Part shown: positions 8,742 to 19,182 of the stretch, piece by piece
How the letters are laid out: each line of letters opens with the position of its first letter
How positions within the stretch are numbered: the first letter of the stretch is position 1
Assembly: GCA_900769535.1 (NCBI GenBank)
Contig: CAAGHB010000110.1
Coordinates: 1-55,895, forward strand
Origin: Clostridia bacterium
GTDB taxonomy: Bacteria; Bacillota; Clostridia; Oscillospirales; Acutalibacteraceae
DNA: 55,895 nucleotides
Direction of reading: 5' to 3'
The notes under the pieces: model-generated
Database searches by the model: none
What the model saw: only the letters and a program-made list of their open reading frames with translations
Told to the model about the DNA's origin: nothing
Translations under genes and position numbers: made by a program

Positions 8742-9352
8742 TGTGGATGTATGAGAAAAAACTTCAATATCCTGTAAAGATTGCCAGACCGAATCCTGCA
8801 TTGGCAAAGCTCATCTCGAGTCAATATGGCGGTCCCGACGGCGAGTTGGGAGCGTCTTTGAGATATCTTAGCCAACGTTTTTCGATGCCGATGCCCGAGC
8901 TCAAAGCGATATTAACGGACATCGCCACAGAGGAGCTCGGCCATCTTGAAATGGTCGGCGCAATAGTGCACCAGCTTACCCGTAATCTCACCGAAGAGGA
9001 GATAAAAAAGGGCGGCTTTGATGCCTATTTTGTTGACCATACGACAGGAATTTATCCGAGCTCAGCTTCGGGAGTACCCTTCACGGCTGCTTATGTTCAG
9101 TCGAAGGGCGACCCGATTACCGACCTGCACGAAGACCTGGCCGCCGAGCAAAAGGCAAGAACGACCTATGACAATATTCTGCGTTTTGCCGATGACCCCG
9201 ATGTACGCGACCCGATAAAATTCCTTCGTCAGCGTGAGGTTGTCCATTACCAGCGCTTCGGTGAAGCACTCAGACGGTTACAGGATAAGCTGAATGACCG
9301 CAATTTCTATGCTTTCAACCCCAGCTTTGATAAACCCGTCAAAAATAAGTAA
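8741..9352 (+). CDS. cotJC: Spore coat protein CotJC (manganese-catalase family)
   Basis: MWMYEKKLQYPVK...GGPDGELGASLRYLSQR...TEELGHLEM is nearly collinear with B. subtilis CotJC as I recall it. Confidence 0.93.
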   Translation: MWMYEKKLQYPVKIARPNPALAKLISSQYGGPDGELGASLRYLSQRFSMPMPELKAILTDIATEELGHLEMVGAIVHQLTRNLTEEEIKKGGFDAYFVDHTTGIYPSSASGVPFTAAYVQSKGDPITDLHEDLAAEQKARTTYDNILRFADDPDVRDPIKFLRQREVVHYQRFGEALRRLQDKLNDRNFYAFNPSFDKPVKNK

Positions 9353-9360
9353 ACGGCAAT

Positions 9361-9405
9361 AAAACGGCTCGATTCTGTAAAAAAGAATGGAGCCGTTTTA
9401 TGTGT
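9361..9405. terminator. Bidirectional intrinsic terminator (cotJC / glycosyltransferase)
   Basis: AAAACGGCTC...GAGCCGTTTT stem with an inner ATTCT/AGAAT extension; T-rich on both sides. Confidence 0.75.
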
Positions 9406-9406
9406 T

Positions 9407-10603
9407 TTATCTGCTTTTTTTATAGCTGTTATTTTTTCGCCATTTTGGCTGGTTAAGTATTTCCCCGTATCTCTCATAGGCCGCGTTAACCGCCTTGTCC
9501 CAAGGGTAATAAACCGTTTCAGCGGCGTTTTTGCCCGTTTGTTTGAGCTTTTCGGGGTTGCTTATCGCGTCGATAATTGTTTCGGCGCAAGATTCAGCGT
9601 TTTCTTCGCATAAATAGCCGTCTTCGTTTTCGGTAATTGTTTCGGCGGCGCAGCTGCCTCTAACTAATACACTGGCGCAGTCGCATGCAGCCGCTTCCAT
9701 AACGACAAGTCCGCAGGTATCGTATGTTGAAGGGAAGAGAAGAAGGTCGGCTCGGCTGTAAAATGCGCGCAAATTTTCTCTGTCGCATATTTCGCCTATG
9801 AACATCGCTTCCTTCTTTAAATCGCAAAGCTCGGCGTATTTTTCGATTGCGCCTCGGTCACGACCGTCGCCGATAAAAAACATACGGAATTTGTGTCCGT
9901 TTTCTTTTACAATTTTCAGCGAATCGAGTATTATTTTAATATTTTTGTACCACATCATTCTACCGACAAAGATAAAAACGGTTTCGTCGGGCTGTAAGCG
10001 AAAAACGCGGTCGATTTCGCTGATTGCGTCGGTGTCCGCCTTACCTTTTTTAAAGTCGGTGCCGTTTCGCATAACACGATATTTGCCCTTGTATCCGAAT
10101 TCGCGAAGGTCCTCGGCCGTCTTTTCGGAAACGACCCAAACCTCGTCCATATGGTTTATGTTGTTAAGAACAAATCGGTGGGCAATTCGCTGAATTTGCT
10201 TAAATTTAACCCTCGTTTTAATATCGGTATTGAATTTTGTATGGTAGGTAAAAACCTTCGGTACTCGGTGTTTTTTTGATGCGCACAGCACCCTTGCCAT
10301 TGTAGCCGAAGCAAAGGGACAGTGAACGTGGAGAATATCTATCTTTTCGTTTCGAATTTCGCTAACTATCTTCGGCGAAAACGGGTTACCTGCGCGGTAG
10401 CCAATCATTTTATCGCTTGGCACCGAGTGGTAACGATAAACCTTGTAATCATAGTTATCAACGACGTGGGGATATTTAGGAACGATAACAACAGCTTCGC
10501 CTAAATTGTTGTGAATATTATCGGCATATGCTTTTGTGGCGGCGGCGACGCCGTCGATTGTAGGCGGAAAAGAATCGTTTAAAAGCCCTACTTTTAACTT
10601 CAA
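9407..10603 (-). CDS. GT4-family glycosyltransferase, glycolipid-synthase-like
   Basis: The N-terminal LNDSFPPTIDGVA motif (DSxxPxxxGV) resembles diacylglycerol glucosyltransferases. A C-terminal E-x7-E-type region is present (PSTYDTCGLVVMEA). The ORF track starts at 10666, but TTG at 10603 has SD GGAGTG 6 nt upstream and is the likelier start. Confidence 0.8.
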   Translation of the reverse strand: MKLKVGLLNDSFPPTIDGVAAATKAYADNIHNNLGEAVVIVPKYPHVVDNYDYKVYRYHSVPSDKMIGYRAGNPFSPKIVSEIRNEKIDILHVHCPFASATMARVLCASKKHRVPKVFTYHTKFNTDIKTRVKFKQIQRIAHRFVLNNINHMDEVWVVSEKTAEDLREFGYKGKYRVMRNGTDFKKGKADTDAISEIDRVFRLQPDETVFIFVGRMMWYKNIKIILDSLKIVKENGHKFRMFFIGDGRDRGAIEKYAELCDLKKEAMFIGEICDRENLRAFYSRADLLLFPSTYDTCGLVVMEAAACDCASVLVRGSCAAETITENEDGYLCEENAESCAETIIDAISNPEKLKQTGKNAAETVYYPWDKAVNAAYERYGEILNQPKWRKNNSYKKSR

Positions 10604-10793
10604 AATTAACACTCCGATATGTATGAATTTCACATAGATTATATACATTTTTGCGCTTTTTGTCAAACATGAAGAAAATATAAATAAAGATTGTAAAAAT
10701 GTTTTACTTTTTTGGTTATATGTAGTATAATATTAAAAACTATGTTCTGTTGCAATTATAAAGGATAAGTAAAATCGAGGTGTAATAAGATAA

Positions 10794-11753
10794 ATGGCTC
10801 AACAATTTTCTGTTTCGCTTAAACGGGTTATAAAAGAGTTTTCACTTGAAGAAATTTATGTACCCGAAAATATTGATGAAATAAATATTACCACCGCCGA
10901 CCTAAATCGACCGGGATTACAGCTCAGCGGATTTTATGATTATTTCGACAGCGAGCGCATACAAATTATCGGAAAGAACGAGGACAGCTTTTTAGAAACC
11001 TTTATTGACCGTAAGACTCGTATCGAACGCCTTCTTTGCCATAAGCCGCCTGCTGTAATTGTAACTCGCGGACTTTCTGTTGCCGAACATACAATCGAAT
11101 TGGCTAAAAAATACGGCGTTTCTATTTTACGCACAAACGAAGGTACATCGAGCTTTATGGCGGCTCTTATCGCCTTTCTCAATATCGAGCTTGCGCCTCG
11201 TATCACGCGTCACGGCGTTTTGGTCGAGGTCTACGGCGAAGGAATGCTGATTATCGGTGAAAGCGGAGTAGGTAAGAGCGAAACGGCTATTGAACTGATT
11301 AAGAGGGGACATCGTCTTATTGCCGATGACGCTGTCGAAATCAGACGAGTATCAAATAAAACTCTTGTCGGAACTCCGCCCGAAAATATCCGTCATTTTA
11401 TCGAGCTTCGCGGCATAGGAATCATAAATGCACGACGTATTTTCGGTATGGGCGCAGTAAAGCCGTCGGAAAAAATTGATATGGTCATCAATCTTGAAGT
11501 ATGGAATCAGGAAAAGGTCTATGACCGAATGGGACTCGAAAGTGAAGAGGCGGAAATCCTCGGAATAAAGGTTCCGCAAGTAACAGTGCCTGTTCGACCG
11601 GGACGAAATCTTGCCATTATTTTAGAGGTTGCCGCTATGAATAACCGTCAGAAAAAGATGGGATTTAACGCGGCAAAGGAACTTTTGAAAAAGCTCGGAA
11701 TGGACGACGGAACGGATGACACACCCGTCCAGGATGATATATTTAATTATTAA
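10794..11753 (+). CDS. hprK: HPr kinase/phosphorylase
   Basis: Walker A GESGVGKSE followed by LIADD, the HprK signature; 319 aa. Confidence 0.95.
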   Translation: MAQQFSVSLKRVIKEFSLEEIYVPENIDEINITTADLNRPGLQLSGFYDYFDSERIQIIGKNEDSFLETFIDRKTRIERLLCHKPPAVIVTRGLSVAEHTIELAKKYGVSILRTNEGTSSFMAALIAFLNIELAPRITRHGVLVEVYGEGMLIIGESGVGKSETAIELIKRGHRLIADDAVEIRRVSNKTLVGTPPENIRHFIELRGIGIINARRIFGMGAVKPSEKIDMVINLEVWNQEKVYDRMGLESEEAEILGIKVPQVTVPVRPGRNLAIILEVAAMNNRQKKMGFNAAKELLKKLGMDDGTDDTPVQDDIFNY

Positions 11754-11774
11754 AAAACATTTGGAGGAATAAAA

Positions 11775-12728
11775 ATGTACTATATAGGAATCGATCTCGG
11801 AGGAACAAATATCGTTGCAGGTGTAGTTGACGAAAACTACAATATTATCGCAAAAGCAAGGGTAAAAACAAATTTGCCGAGAAAAACTGAAGAAATTGTT
11901 GACGATATGGCCTATGTTGCAAAAAAATCTGTTGAAGAAGCAGGACTTTCAATGGCTGACATCGAATGGGTTGGCGTAGGTTCACCGGGCCTTGTTAATA
12001 AATATACCGGCATTGTTGAATATTCGTGCAATCTTGGCTTTAATAAGGTTCCTCTTTCTGAAATGATGAAGGAACGACTGGGCGTTGATTGCTACATCGA
12101 AAATGATGCCAACGCCGCTGCATACGGCGAAATGCTCGCAGGTGCAGGAAAGGGAACAAACAGCTTTGTTGCGATTACGCTTGGTACAGGTGTCGGCGGC
12201 GGCGTTATAATGGACGGAAAGATGCTCAACGGTCTTAATTGCGCAGGTGGAGAGCTCGGTCATATTGTAATCAGCGTTGACGGCGAGCCCTGCGGCTGCG
12301 GAAGAAACGGCTGCTGGGAAGCTTATGCGTCTGCAACTGCTTGTATCCGTCAGACAAAGCGAGCCATGTTGGAAAACAAGGATTCAAAAATGTGGGAGCT
12401 CGTTAACGGAAATATCGACGAAGTAAGCGGTAGAACTGCTTGGGATGCTATGAGAATGGGCGACAAGGTTGGTAGTGAGGTTGTAGACCGTTATATCTAC
12501 TATATCGCCTGCGGCGTTGCCAATATCATCAATATCATTCGTCCCGAAGTATTGTGTATCGGCGGCGGTATTTGTAACGAAAAGGAATATCTTATGAAGC
12601 CGCTTCGCGAATATGTTGAAAAGGAAACCTACGGAAATAACGAAGCCGATTATACAAAGGTTGTCGTTGCCGAACTCGGCGGAGATGCAGGACTTATCGG
12701 CGCAGCATTACTCGGTAATCTCAAATAA
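11775..12728 (+). CDS. glcK: ROK-family glucokinase
   Basis: N-terminal GIDLGGTNI, GELGH, and the CGCGRNGCWE zinc motif of ROK kinases. Confidence 0.9.
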   Translation: MYYIGIDLGGTNIVAGVVDENYNIIAKARVKTNLPRKTEEIVDDMAYVAKKSVEEAGLSMADIEWVGVGSPGLVNKYTGIVEYSCNLGFNKVPLSEMMKERLGVDCYIENDANAAAYGEMLAGAGKGTNSFVAITLGTGVGGGVIMDGKMLNGLNCAGGELGHIVISVDGEPCGCGRNGCWEAYASATACIRQTKRAMLENKDSKMWELVNGNIDEVSGRTAWDAMRMGDKVGSEVVDRYIYYIACGVANIINIIRPEVLCIGGGICNEKEYLMKPLREYVEKETYGNNEADYTKVVVAELGGDAGLIGAALLGNLK

Positions 12729-12749
12729 ACTGAAAAGGAAACTTTTGAT

Positions 12750-13667
12750 TTGAATATCGATTATACCAATATTATCGAAACGGCCGAAAAATACGGCTGC
12801 CAGTATAAAATAAACGAGCCGATGAGTCAGCATACAACCTTCCGAATCGGCGGACCTGCCGACCTTTTTGTGACTCCTTCTACCGTTGAAGGTTTGCAAA
12901 AAATCGTGTCCGAGTGTAAAAAAAGCGGCGTTTACTGCTTTATTCTCGGAAACGGCTCGAATTTGCTTATTTCGGATAAGGGGATTCGCGGAGTGGTTGT
13001 GACTACTGCTTCCTGTCTTAACGAAATCGAGCTTAAAAACGCATACGAAATAAAGGTTGGCGCGGGAGCGAAGCTGTCACGTATGAGTGACCTCGCTTAC
13101 GAAAATTCGCTTACCGGAGCGGAATTTGCTTGGGGCATTCCGGGTACCGTCGGCGGCGCAGTTTATATGAACGCAGGTGCATACGACGGCGAGATGAAGG
13201 ATATTCTCACCGAGATTGAGTATATGACTCCCGACGGCGAAATTCATACAATGTCAGCCGCCGAAGCCGAGCTCAGCTATCGCCACAGCATTTTCAGCAC
13301 TAATGATAACGTTATCATCAGCGCAACCGTGCGGCTGACTCCGGGGGATAAGGGCGAAATCCGCGCAAAAATGGACGATTTTATGTGCAGACGAAAGGAT
13401 AAACAACCTCTCGAATTTCCTTCGGCGGGAAGTACCTTTAAGCGTCCTGTCGGCGGATATGCAGCGGCGCTTATCGATGAATGCGGACTCAAAGGATACC
13501 GAATCGGCGGCGCCGAGGTCAGTAAAAAACACGCAGGATTCGTTATCAATGCGGGTGGAGCTACCTGTTTTGACGTAATGCGACTTGTCGAGCATATTCA
13601 AAAGGAAGTATTTTTAGCAAAGAGTATAAAGCTTGAACCTGAAATAAAGGTTATCGGCGAAAGGTAA
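12750..13667 (+). CDS. murB: UDP-N-acetylenolpyruvoylglucosamine reductase
   Basis: NEPMSQHTTFRIGGPAD, GNGSNLL and the SAGSTFKRP motif; TTG start. Confidence 0.93.
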   Translation: MNIDYTNIIETAEKYGCQYKINEPMSQHTTFRIGGPADLFVTPSTVEGLQKIVSECKKSGVYCFILGNGSNLLISDKGIRGVVVTTASCLNEIELKNAYEIKVGAGAKLSRMSDLAYENSLTGAEFAWGIPGTVGGAVYMNAGAYDGEMKDILTEIEYMTPDGEIHTMSAAEAELSYRHSIFSTNDNVIISATVRLTPGDKGEIRAKMDDFMCRRKDKQPLEFPSAGSTFKRPVGGYAAALIDECGLKGYRIGGAEVSKKHAGFVINAGGATCFDVMRLVEHIQKEVFLAKSIKLEPEIKVIGER

Positions 13668-13706
13668 TAAATAAATTAAGCGAATATTCTAAGGAATGAA
13701 GAGAAG

Positions 13707-14564
13707 ATGAATCTGGTAATAATTACGGGAATGTCCGGTTCGGGAAAATCACAGGTCATTAATGCAATGGAGGACATCGGCTTCTATTGTGTTGATAATG
13801 TACCTGCCTTTTTGCTGCCAACATTTGTGAATTTGCTGATGGATTCTCACAATAAGCACGACCAGATTGCAATAGTAACCGATATACGCGGCGGCGAAAT
13901 GTACGACGACCTTCTCAGCGCGGTAAACGCCCTTCGTGACGAGGTTGAAAGCTTCGATTTTCTCTATCTCGAAGCTGATGAAAAGGTGCTTGAACGCCGA
14001 TTTAAAGAGACTCGCCGTAAGCATCCTTTAATCGAAGCGTCGGGAGGAGTTCTGCCCGAGGCAATCCGACGTGAAAAGGATATGGTCGGAAAGCTTCGTG
14101 ACATTGCCGATTATGTTGTTGATACCAGCGACCTTTCGGCAACCGAGCTTCGCGAACGCATAAAAAACCTGTTTTTAGATAATCAAAAGGGCGGAATGTC
14201 CATTCTCTGTATGTCTTACGGCGCAAAGCACGGTGGACTGAGCTATGCCGACCTCGTTTTCGACGTAAAATGTCTGCCAAATCCCTTTTATGTACCCGAA
14301 TTAAAGGACAAAACAGGGCTTGACAAAGAGGTTCGTGACTACGTTTTATCAACCGACGAAGCAAGGGAATTGCGAGAGAAGCTGTTTGACTTGGTTGATT
14401 TTCTCATTCCGCTTTATATAAAAGAGGGAAAGAGTCAGCTTATAATTGCCTTTGGCTGTACCGGCGGTCAGCACCGTTCGGTCACCTTTGCGTTAGAGAT
14501 GCAGCAGCATCTCATCCAAAACGGATATAACGTAGGAATAAATCACCGCGATATAAAAAAATAA
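13707..14564 (+). CDS. rapZ: RNase adapter / nucleotide-binding protein RapZ (YvcJ)
   Basis: ITGMSGSGKS Walker A at the N-terminus, CTGGQHRSV near the C-terminus; 285 aa. Confidence 0.93.
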   Translation: MNLVIITGMSGSGKSQVINAMEDIGFYCVDNVPAFLLPTFVNLLMDSHNKHDQIAIVTDIRGGEMYDDLLSAVNALRDEVESFDFLYLEADEKVLERRFKETRRKHPLIEASGGVLPEAIRREKDMVGKLRDIADYVVDTSDLSATELRERIKNLFLDNQKGGMSILCMSYGAKHGGLSYADLVFDVKCLPNPFYVPELKDKTGLDKEVRDYVLSTDEARELREKLFDLVDFLIPLYIKEGKSQLIIAFGCTGGQHRSVTFALEMQQHLIQNGYNVGINHRDIKK

Positions 14565-14571
14565 ATGTTTT

Positions 14572-14606
14572 ATGCCCTTAATTCATTTCGGTTAAGGGCA
14601 TTTTGA
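14572..14606 (+). terminator. Hairpin with a short U-tract between rapZ and whiA (terminator or attenuator)
   Basis: ATGCCCTTAA / TTAAGGGCAT 10-bp stem followed by TTTTG. Confidence 0.55.
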
Positions 14607-14634
14607 ATAACCGTAATATAGGGAGGTGTAAAAC

Positions 14635-15504
14635 GTGTCTTTTTCATCGGATGTAAAATCGGAGCTGTGTAAAATGCGGCATACTAAATCGTGCTGTCTT
14701 ACTGCTGAATGTGCGGGGATGTTGCTTTTTTCGCGGCATTTAAGCGAGGAAAAGATTAGCTTTTACACCGATTACAGCGACGTTGCCGAGCATTTGTGCT
14801 ATCTTTTAAAGAAGCGTATGAAGGTCAATTTCGAGCATATTGTCACCGACGGAGGCGTGAACAAGGTCACTGTTCCCGAATCAGAGAACAGGAAGTTGGT
14901 CGTTTCAAAGCTGAAAATCGGGGACAAGCCGTCGGATAATTTGATTCAGAATGATTGTTGTGTGTCGGCATTTTTGCGCGGAGTTTTTCTTTCCTGTGGC
15001 TTTTTAACCGACCCGAATAAAGAATATCGTCTCGAATTTTTATGCCCATCAAAGAAGATTGCACAGTATCTTTTCGGCTTTTTGTCTGGAATAATCGAAA
15101 ATCCGAAAATGGTCGAGCGCGACGGCACATATTACGTTTATTATAAGCACAGTGCGGCGGTCGAGGATATGCTTACTCTCGTCGGGGCAGTCAATGCTTC
15201 ACTCGCTGTTATGGAAATAAAGGTCGAAAAGGATATGCGCAATAAAATCAACCGAGTAAGCAATTTCGAAAACGCTAATTTTGTAAAAACGGTACACGCA
15301 TCGGGCGACCAAACCGCCGCAATAAACAAAATTATCGAAAAAGGTTTACTCGACACCTTAACCGACCCGTTAAAAGAAACTGCAATTTTGCGCCGAGATA
15401 ATCCCGATGCATCGCTCAGTCAGCTTTGTGAGATTTCGGGTTGCAGCAGGTCGGGACTGAATCACAGACTTAAACGGCTAATCGAAATAGCCGATGATAT
15501 ATAA
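14635..15504 (+). CDS. whiA: DNA-binding sporulation/cell-division regulator WhiA
   Basis: N-terminal SFSSDVKSEL, LAGLIDADG-like degenerate core, C-terminal HTH (SLSQLCEISGCSRSGLNHRLKRL). GTG start with SD GGGAGGTG. Confidence 0.92.
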   Translation: MSFSSDVKSELCKMRHTKSCCLTAECAGMLLFSRHLSEEKISFYTDYSDVAEHLCYLLKKRMKVNFEHIVTDGGVNKVTVPESENRKLVVSKLKIGDKPSDNLIQNDCCVSAFLRGVFLSCGFLTDPNKEYRLEFLCPSKKIAQYLFGFLSGIIENPKMVERDGTYYVYYKHSAAVEDMLTLVGAVNASLAVMEIKVEKDMRNKINRVSNFENANFVKTVHASGDQTAAINKIIEKGLLDTLTDPLKETAILRRDNPDASLSQLCEISGCSRSGLNHRLKRLIEIADDI

Positions 15505-15552
15505 AAAACGCTAATTAACACATAAAATTTACACGAAAGAGGTATTTTCAGC

Positions 15553-18500
15553 ATGAGCTTCGTTCATCTTCACGTTCATACCGAATACAGCTTGCTTGAC
15601 GGCGCCTGCCGTATAGCTAAGCTTGCTCATGCCGCAAAGGAGCTTGGTCAAACCGCCCTTGCAATCACCGACCACGGCGTAATGTACGGCGTTATCGAAT
15701 TTTACGAAGCGTGTAAAGCCGAGGGCATAAAGCCGATTATCGGCTGCGAGGTGTACGTTGCTGCGCGAAAGCATACCGATAAGGTGCATGAATTCGACTC
15801 CGAAAATGCTCACCTAATCCTTTTGTGTAAGAATAAAATCGGATATCAGAACCTTATAAAACTGGTGTCAAAATCGTTTGTTGACGGCTTTTATAACAAG
15901 CCGCGAATCGACCATGATTTATTAGAAGAATATCACGAGGGGCTGATAGCTCTTTCTGCTTGTCTTGCGGGTGAGATTCCGCGTGCCCTTTCGGCAGGGG
16001 ACTATCAAAAGGCGGTCGAAACGGCTAAATGGTATCAGTCGGTTTTCGGCAGGGATAATTATTATATCGAAATTCAGAATCACGGAATCGACGAGCAAAT
16101 TCGCGTTTTGCCCCAGCTTGTTCGCCTTTCGGAAGAAACGGGAATACCCCTCGTCGCAACCAACGACGTTCACTATATTGAAAAATCCGACAGCATGGTG
16201 CAAAAGGTGCTCGTTTGTATCCAAACCAACCATACAGTTGACGAGGACAACCCCTTAGGTTATCAAACCGACAATTTTTATTTAAAGAGCGAGGAGGAAA
16301 TGGCGGAGCTGTTTTCCGCATATCCTCAGGCAATCGAAAATACACGGCTTATTGCCGACCGCTGTAACGTCGATTTCACCTTTGGCGAAACAAAGCTGCC
16401 CCTTTTTGATATCGGCGAGGTCGACCATTATGAATATTTCAGAAAAATGTGCTATGACGGACTTTACCGCCTTTACGGAAAGGATGTCAGCCGTTCGATA
16501 ATTGACCGTTTGGAATACGAGCTGTCGGTGATAAACAGTATGGGCTATATTGACTATTACCTGATTGTTCAGGACTTTGTCCGCTATGCAAAGGATAGAG
16601 GAATCCCCGTCGGTCCCGGACGTGGCTCCGGCGCAGGAAGTCTTTGCGCCTATTGCGTTGGAATAACGGGCATCGACCCGATTAAACACGAGCTTATTTT
16701 TGAGCGCTTCCTTAATCCCGAAAGGGTATCTATGCCAGACTTTGATATCGACTTTTGCTATGTTCGTCGCCAGGAGGTTATCGACTACGTAGTACGAAAG
16801 TACGGCGCCGACCACGTTGCCCAAATTGTAACCTTCGGTACCTTGAAGGCAAGAGCGGCAATCCGCGACGTTGCGCGAACACTGGCAATTCCTTATGCAA
16901 CCGCCGACAGAGTGGCAAAAATGATTCCCTTCGAGCTTAACGCTACTATTGAAAAGGCGCTGAACGACTCAGAGGAACTGAACGAGCTGTATAAAAATGA
17001 CCCCGCCATCCGTAATCTTATCGATATGTCGAAAAAGATTGAAGGTATGCCTCGTCACGCCTCCCGTCATGCCGCAGGAGTGGTAATTACACGCGACCCT
17101 GTTGACGAATACGTTCCGCTTGCGACCAATGACGATGCCGTTGTAACCCAGTTTACAATGACCACGCTCGAACGGCTCGGTCTGCTTAAAATGGACTTTT
17201 TGGGACTCCGTAATCTTACCGTAATCGACGACACGGTTAAGATGATAAGACGGCGCGAACCCGACTTTGATATAAATAAAATCCCGATGAATGATAAAAA
17301 GACCTTTGCTCTTTTCTCCGATGGCCAAACCAACGGAGTATTCCAGCTTGAATCGGCGGGGATGAAGCGTGTACTTTCTCAGCTCAAACCTACCGACATT
17401 GAGGATATTATTGCCGTTCTTTCCTTGTATCGACCGGGACCTATGGAATCGATTCCGAAATATATATCCAATCGTCATTCGGGAAAAATCACCTATGCAG
17501 CACCCCAGCTCGAACCGATATTAAAGGTAACCTACGGCTGCCTTGTATATCAGGAGCAGGTTATGCAGGTGTTCCGCGAGCTTGCGGGCTATTCCTTTGG
17601 TCGAGCCGATATTGTTCGTCGCGCAATGTCAAAGAAAAAGCACGACGTAATGGAAAGGGAAAGACAGGCGTTTATTTACGGCGACGCCGACTGCGACGGC
17701 GCGGTAAAACGCGGCGTAAGTGAAAAGGCGGCTAACGAAATTTTTGACAGTATGTCGTCATTCGCTTCCTATGCGTTTAATAAATCTCATGCGGCGGCCT
17801 ATGCCTACGTCGCGTATCAAACCGCATATCTCAAAAGTCACTACGGCAGGGAATATATGGCGTCGCTTTTGTCGGGATTTCTCGATTCCGCATCAAAGGT
17901 GTCCGAAAACATAGCCGAATGTCACCGAATGGGAATACCTGTTTTACCTCCCCACGTTAATGAGTCGCAAAAGGGATTTTCGGTTTATAACAAAGCCATT
18001 AGATTTGGTCTACTCGCTGTAAAAAATCTCGGCAGCGGAGTCATTGACCGTATGCTGACCGAAAGGGAGCTAAAAGGTGATTTCAAGAGCTTGTACGATT
18101 TCTGCGACCGCCTTTTTGACAGAGATTTGAACAGACGCGCTGTCGAAAGTTTGATTAAATGCGGAGCATTTGACGGACTTGGCGCAAATCGTCATCAAAT
18201 GATGGATTCGGTTGACGACATTTTCGAGCAGCTATCATCCCGTCAGCGAAACAACGTCGAGGGCCAGATTGGCTTTTTCGGTATGAGCGACGGCTCGTTT
18301 GACGATGCCGATTACGTATTCCCGAATGTCGCGGAGTACCCGGAAAAGACCTTGCTCAATATGGAACGCGACGTGACCGGACTGTACCTTTCAGGTCACC
18401 CGATGTCCGATTATGAGGATAGAGCGGCCGAAATCGGCGCAGTCAATATTTGTGATATTCTTGACGATGACGAGAATAATGAATATGTGGACGAATCGAG

Positions 18501-19050
18501 GGTACGTCTGCTTGTTCAGATTACGTCAATAAAGCAAAAAGCGACCAAATCGGGTCAGCAAATGGCATTTTTGACGGTCGAGGACGTGTATGGCAGTATC
18601 AGCGCAATGCTGTTTCCGAAAAAACTTGCAGAATATTCCCGATTGATAAAGCCCGATGCCGTCGTCGTAATTGACGGAAAAATCTCAATAAGAGAGGAAA
18701 GGGAACCCGATATTATTGTCGAATCAATGTATTTACCCGATGCGGCTATGCCCAAGTTCGTTGATAATAAAAATCGCAATGAATATTATTCACAAAAAAG
18801 CGCAACAGCAGAGCAGAAGGAGTCCGGCGGCGACCTTTATATTCGTGTACCCTCACTTGAAAGCGGGGAATATCGCTCAGCGGTGTCGATTATAAACGGA
18901 CACAGGGGCAATACGCGACTTATAATCGTGTGCGCCGACACAAAAAAGCGACTTGCAGCACCGAAAAATATGTGGGTAAGAGCTGACGGCGCGCTGATTG
19001 ATAAGCTTTGCGAAATTCTCGGCGAGGAAAATGTAGCAATTCGAAAATAG
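15553..19050 (+). CDS. dnaE: DNA polymerase III alpha subunit (DnaE type)
   Basis: 1165 aa. N-terminal PHP domain FVHLHVHTEYSLLDG, polymerase core PDFDIDF, and an OB-fold region. Confidence 0.97.
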   Translation: MSFVHLHVHTEYSLLDGACRIAKLAHAAKELGQTALAITDHGVMYGVIEFYEACKAEGIKPIIGCEVYVAARKHTDKVHEFDSENAHLILLCKNKIGYQNLIKLVSKSFVDGFYNKPRIDHDLLEEYHEGLIALSACLAGEIPRALSAGDYQKAVETAKWYQSVFGRDNYYIEIQNHGIDEQIRVLPQLVRLSEETGIPLVATNDVHYIEKSDSMVQKVLVCIQTNHTVDEDNPLGYQTDNFYLKSEEEMAELFSAYPQAIENTRLIADRCNVDFTFGETKLPLFDIGEVDHYEYFRKMCYDGLYRLYGKDVSRSIIDRLEYELSVINSMGYIDYYLIVQDFVRYAKDRGIPVGPGRGSGAGSLCAYCVGITGIDPIKHELIFERFLNPERVSMPDFDIDFCYVRRQEVIDYVVRKYGADHVAQIVTFGTLKARAAIRDVARTLAIPYATADRVAKMIPFELNATIEKALNDSEELNELYKNDPAIRNLIDMSKKIEGMPRHASRHAAGVVITRDPVDEYVPLATNDDAVVTQFTMTTLERLGLLKMDFLGLRNLTVIDDTVKMIRRREPDFDINKIPMNDKKTFALFSDGQTNGVFQLESAGMKRVLSQLKPTDIEDIIAVLSLYRPGPMESIPKYISNRHSGKITYAAPQLEPILKVTYGCLVYQEQVMQVFRELAGYSFGRADIVRRAMSKKKHDVMERERQAFIYGDADCDGAVKRGVSEKAANEIFDSMSSFASYAFNKSHAAAYAYVAYQTAYLKSHYGREYMASLLSGFLDSASKVSENIAECHRMGIPVLPPHVNESQKGFSVYNKAIRFGLLAVKNLGSGVIDRMLTERELKGDFKSLYDFCDRLFDRDLNRRAVESLIKCGAFDGLGANRHQMMDSVDDIFEQLSSRQRNNVEGQIGFFGMSDGSFDDADYVFPNVAEYPEKTLLNMERDVTGLYLSGHPMSDYEDRAAEIGAVNICDILDDDENNEYVDESRVRLLVQITSIKQKATKSGQQMAFLTVEDVYGSISAMLFPKKLAEYSRLIKPDAVVVIDGKISIREEREPDIIVESMYLPDAAMPKFVDNKNRNEYYSQKSATAEQKESGGDLYIRVPSLESGEYRSAVSIINGHRGNTRLIIVCADTKKRLAAPKNMWVRADGALIDKLCEILGEENVAIRK

Positions 19051-19104
19051 ACGGCGAAAATTTTGCAAAAAATAACAAAATAGGGCGAATAAGTCAAAAA
19101 ATGC

Positions 19105-19133
19105 TTGACACTAATCTTTTGTGAAACTATTAT
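19105..19133 (+). promoter_or_regulatory. Sigma-A-type promoter upstream of pfkA
   Basis: TTGACA, 17-nt spacer, TATTAT; lies 50 nt before the pfkA ATG. Confidence 0.6.
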
Positions 19134-19182
19134 ATATAGTGATTATATTTTATTAAAGATGATTTGATTAAGGTGATTTTTA

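Noticed and set aside
16282-17478. Antisense ORFs of 180 aa and 169 aa opposite dnaE
   Set aside because: They lie antisense to a highly conserved essential gene, have no start context, and their composition is typical of shadow ORFs. The same applies to track ORFs antisense to murB, rapZ, cotJBC, pfkA, recD2, tagH and tarJ.
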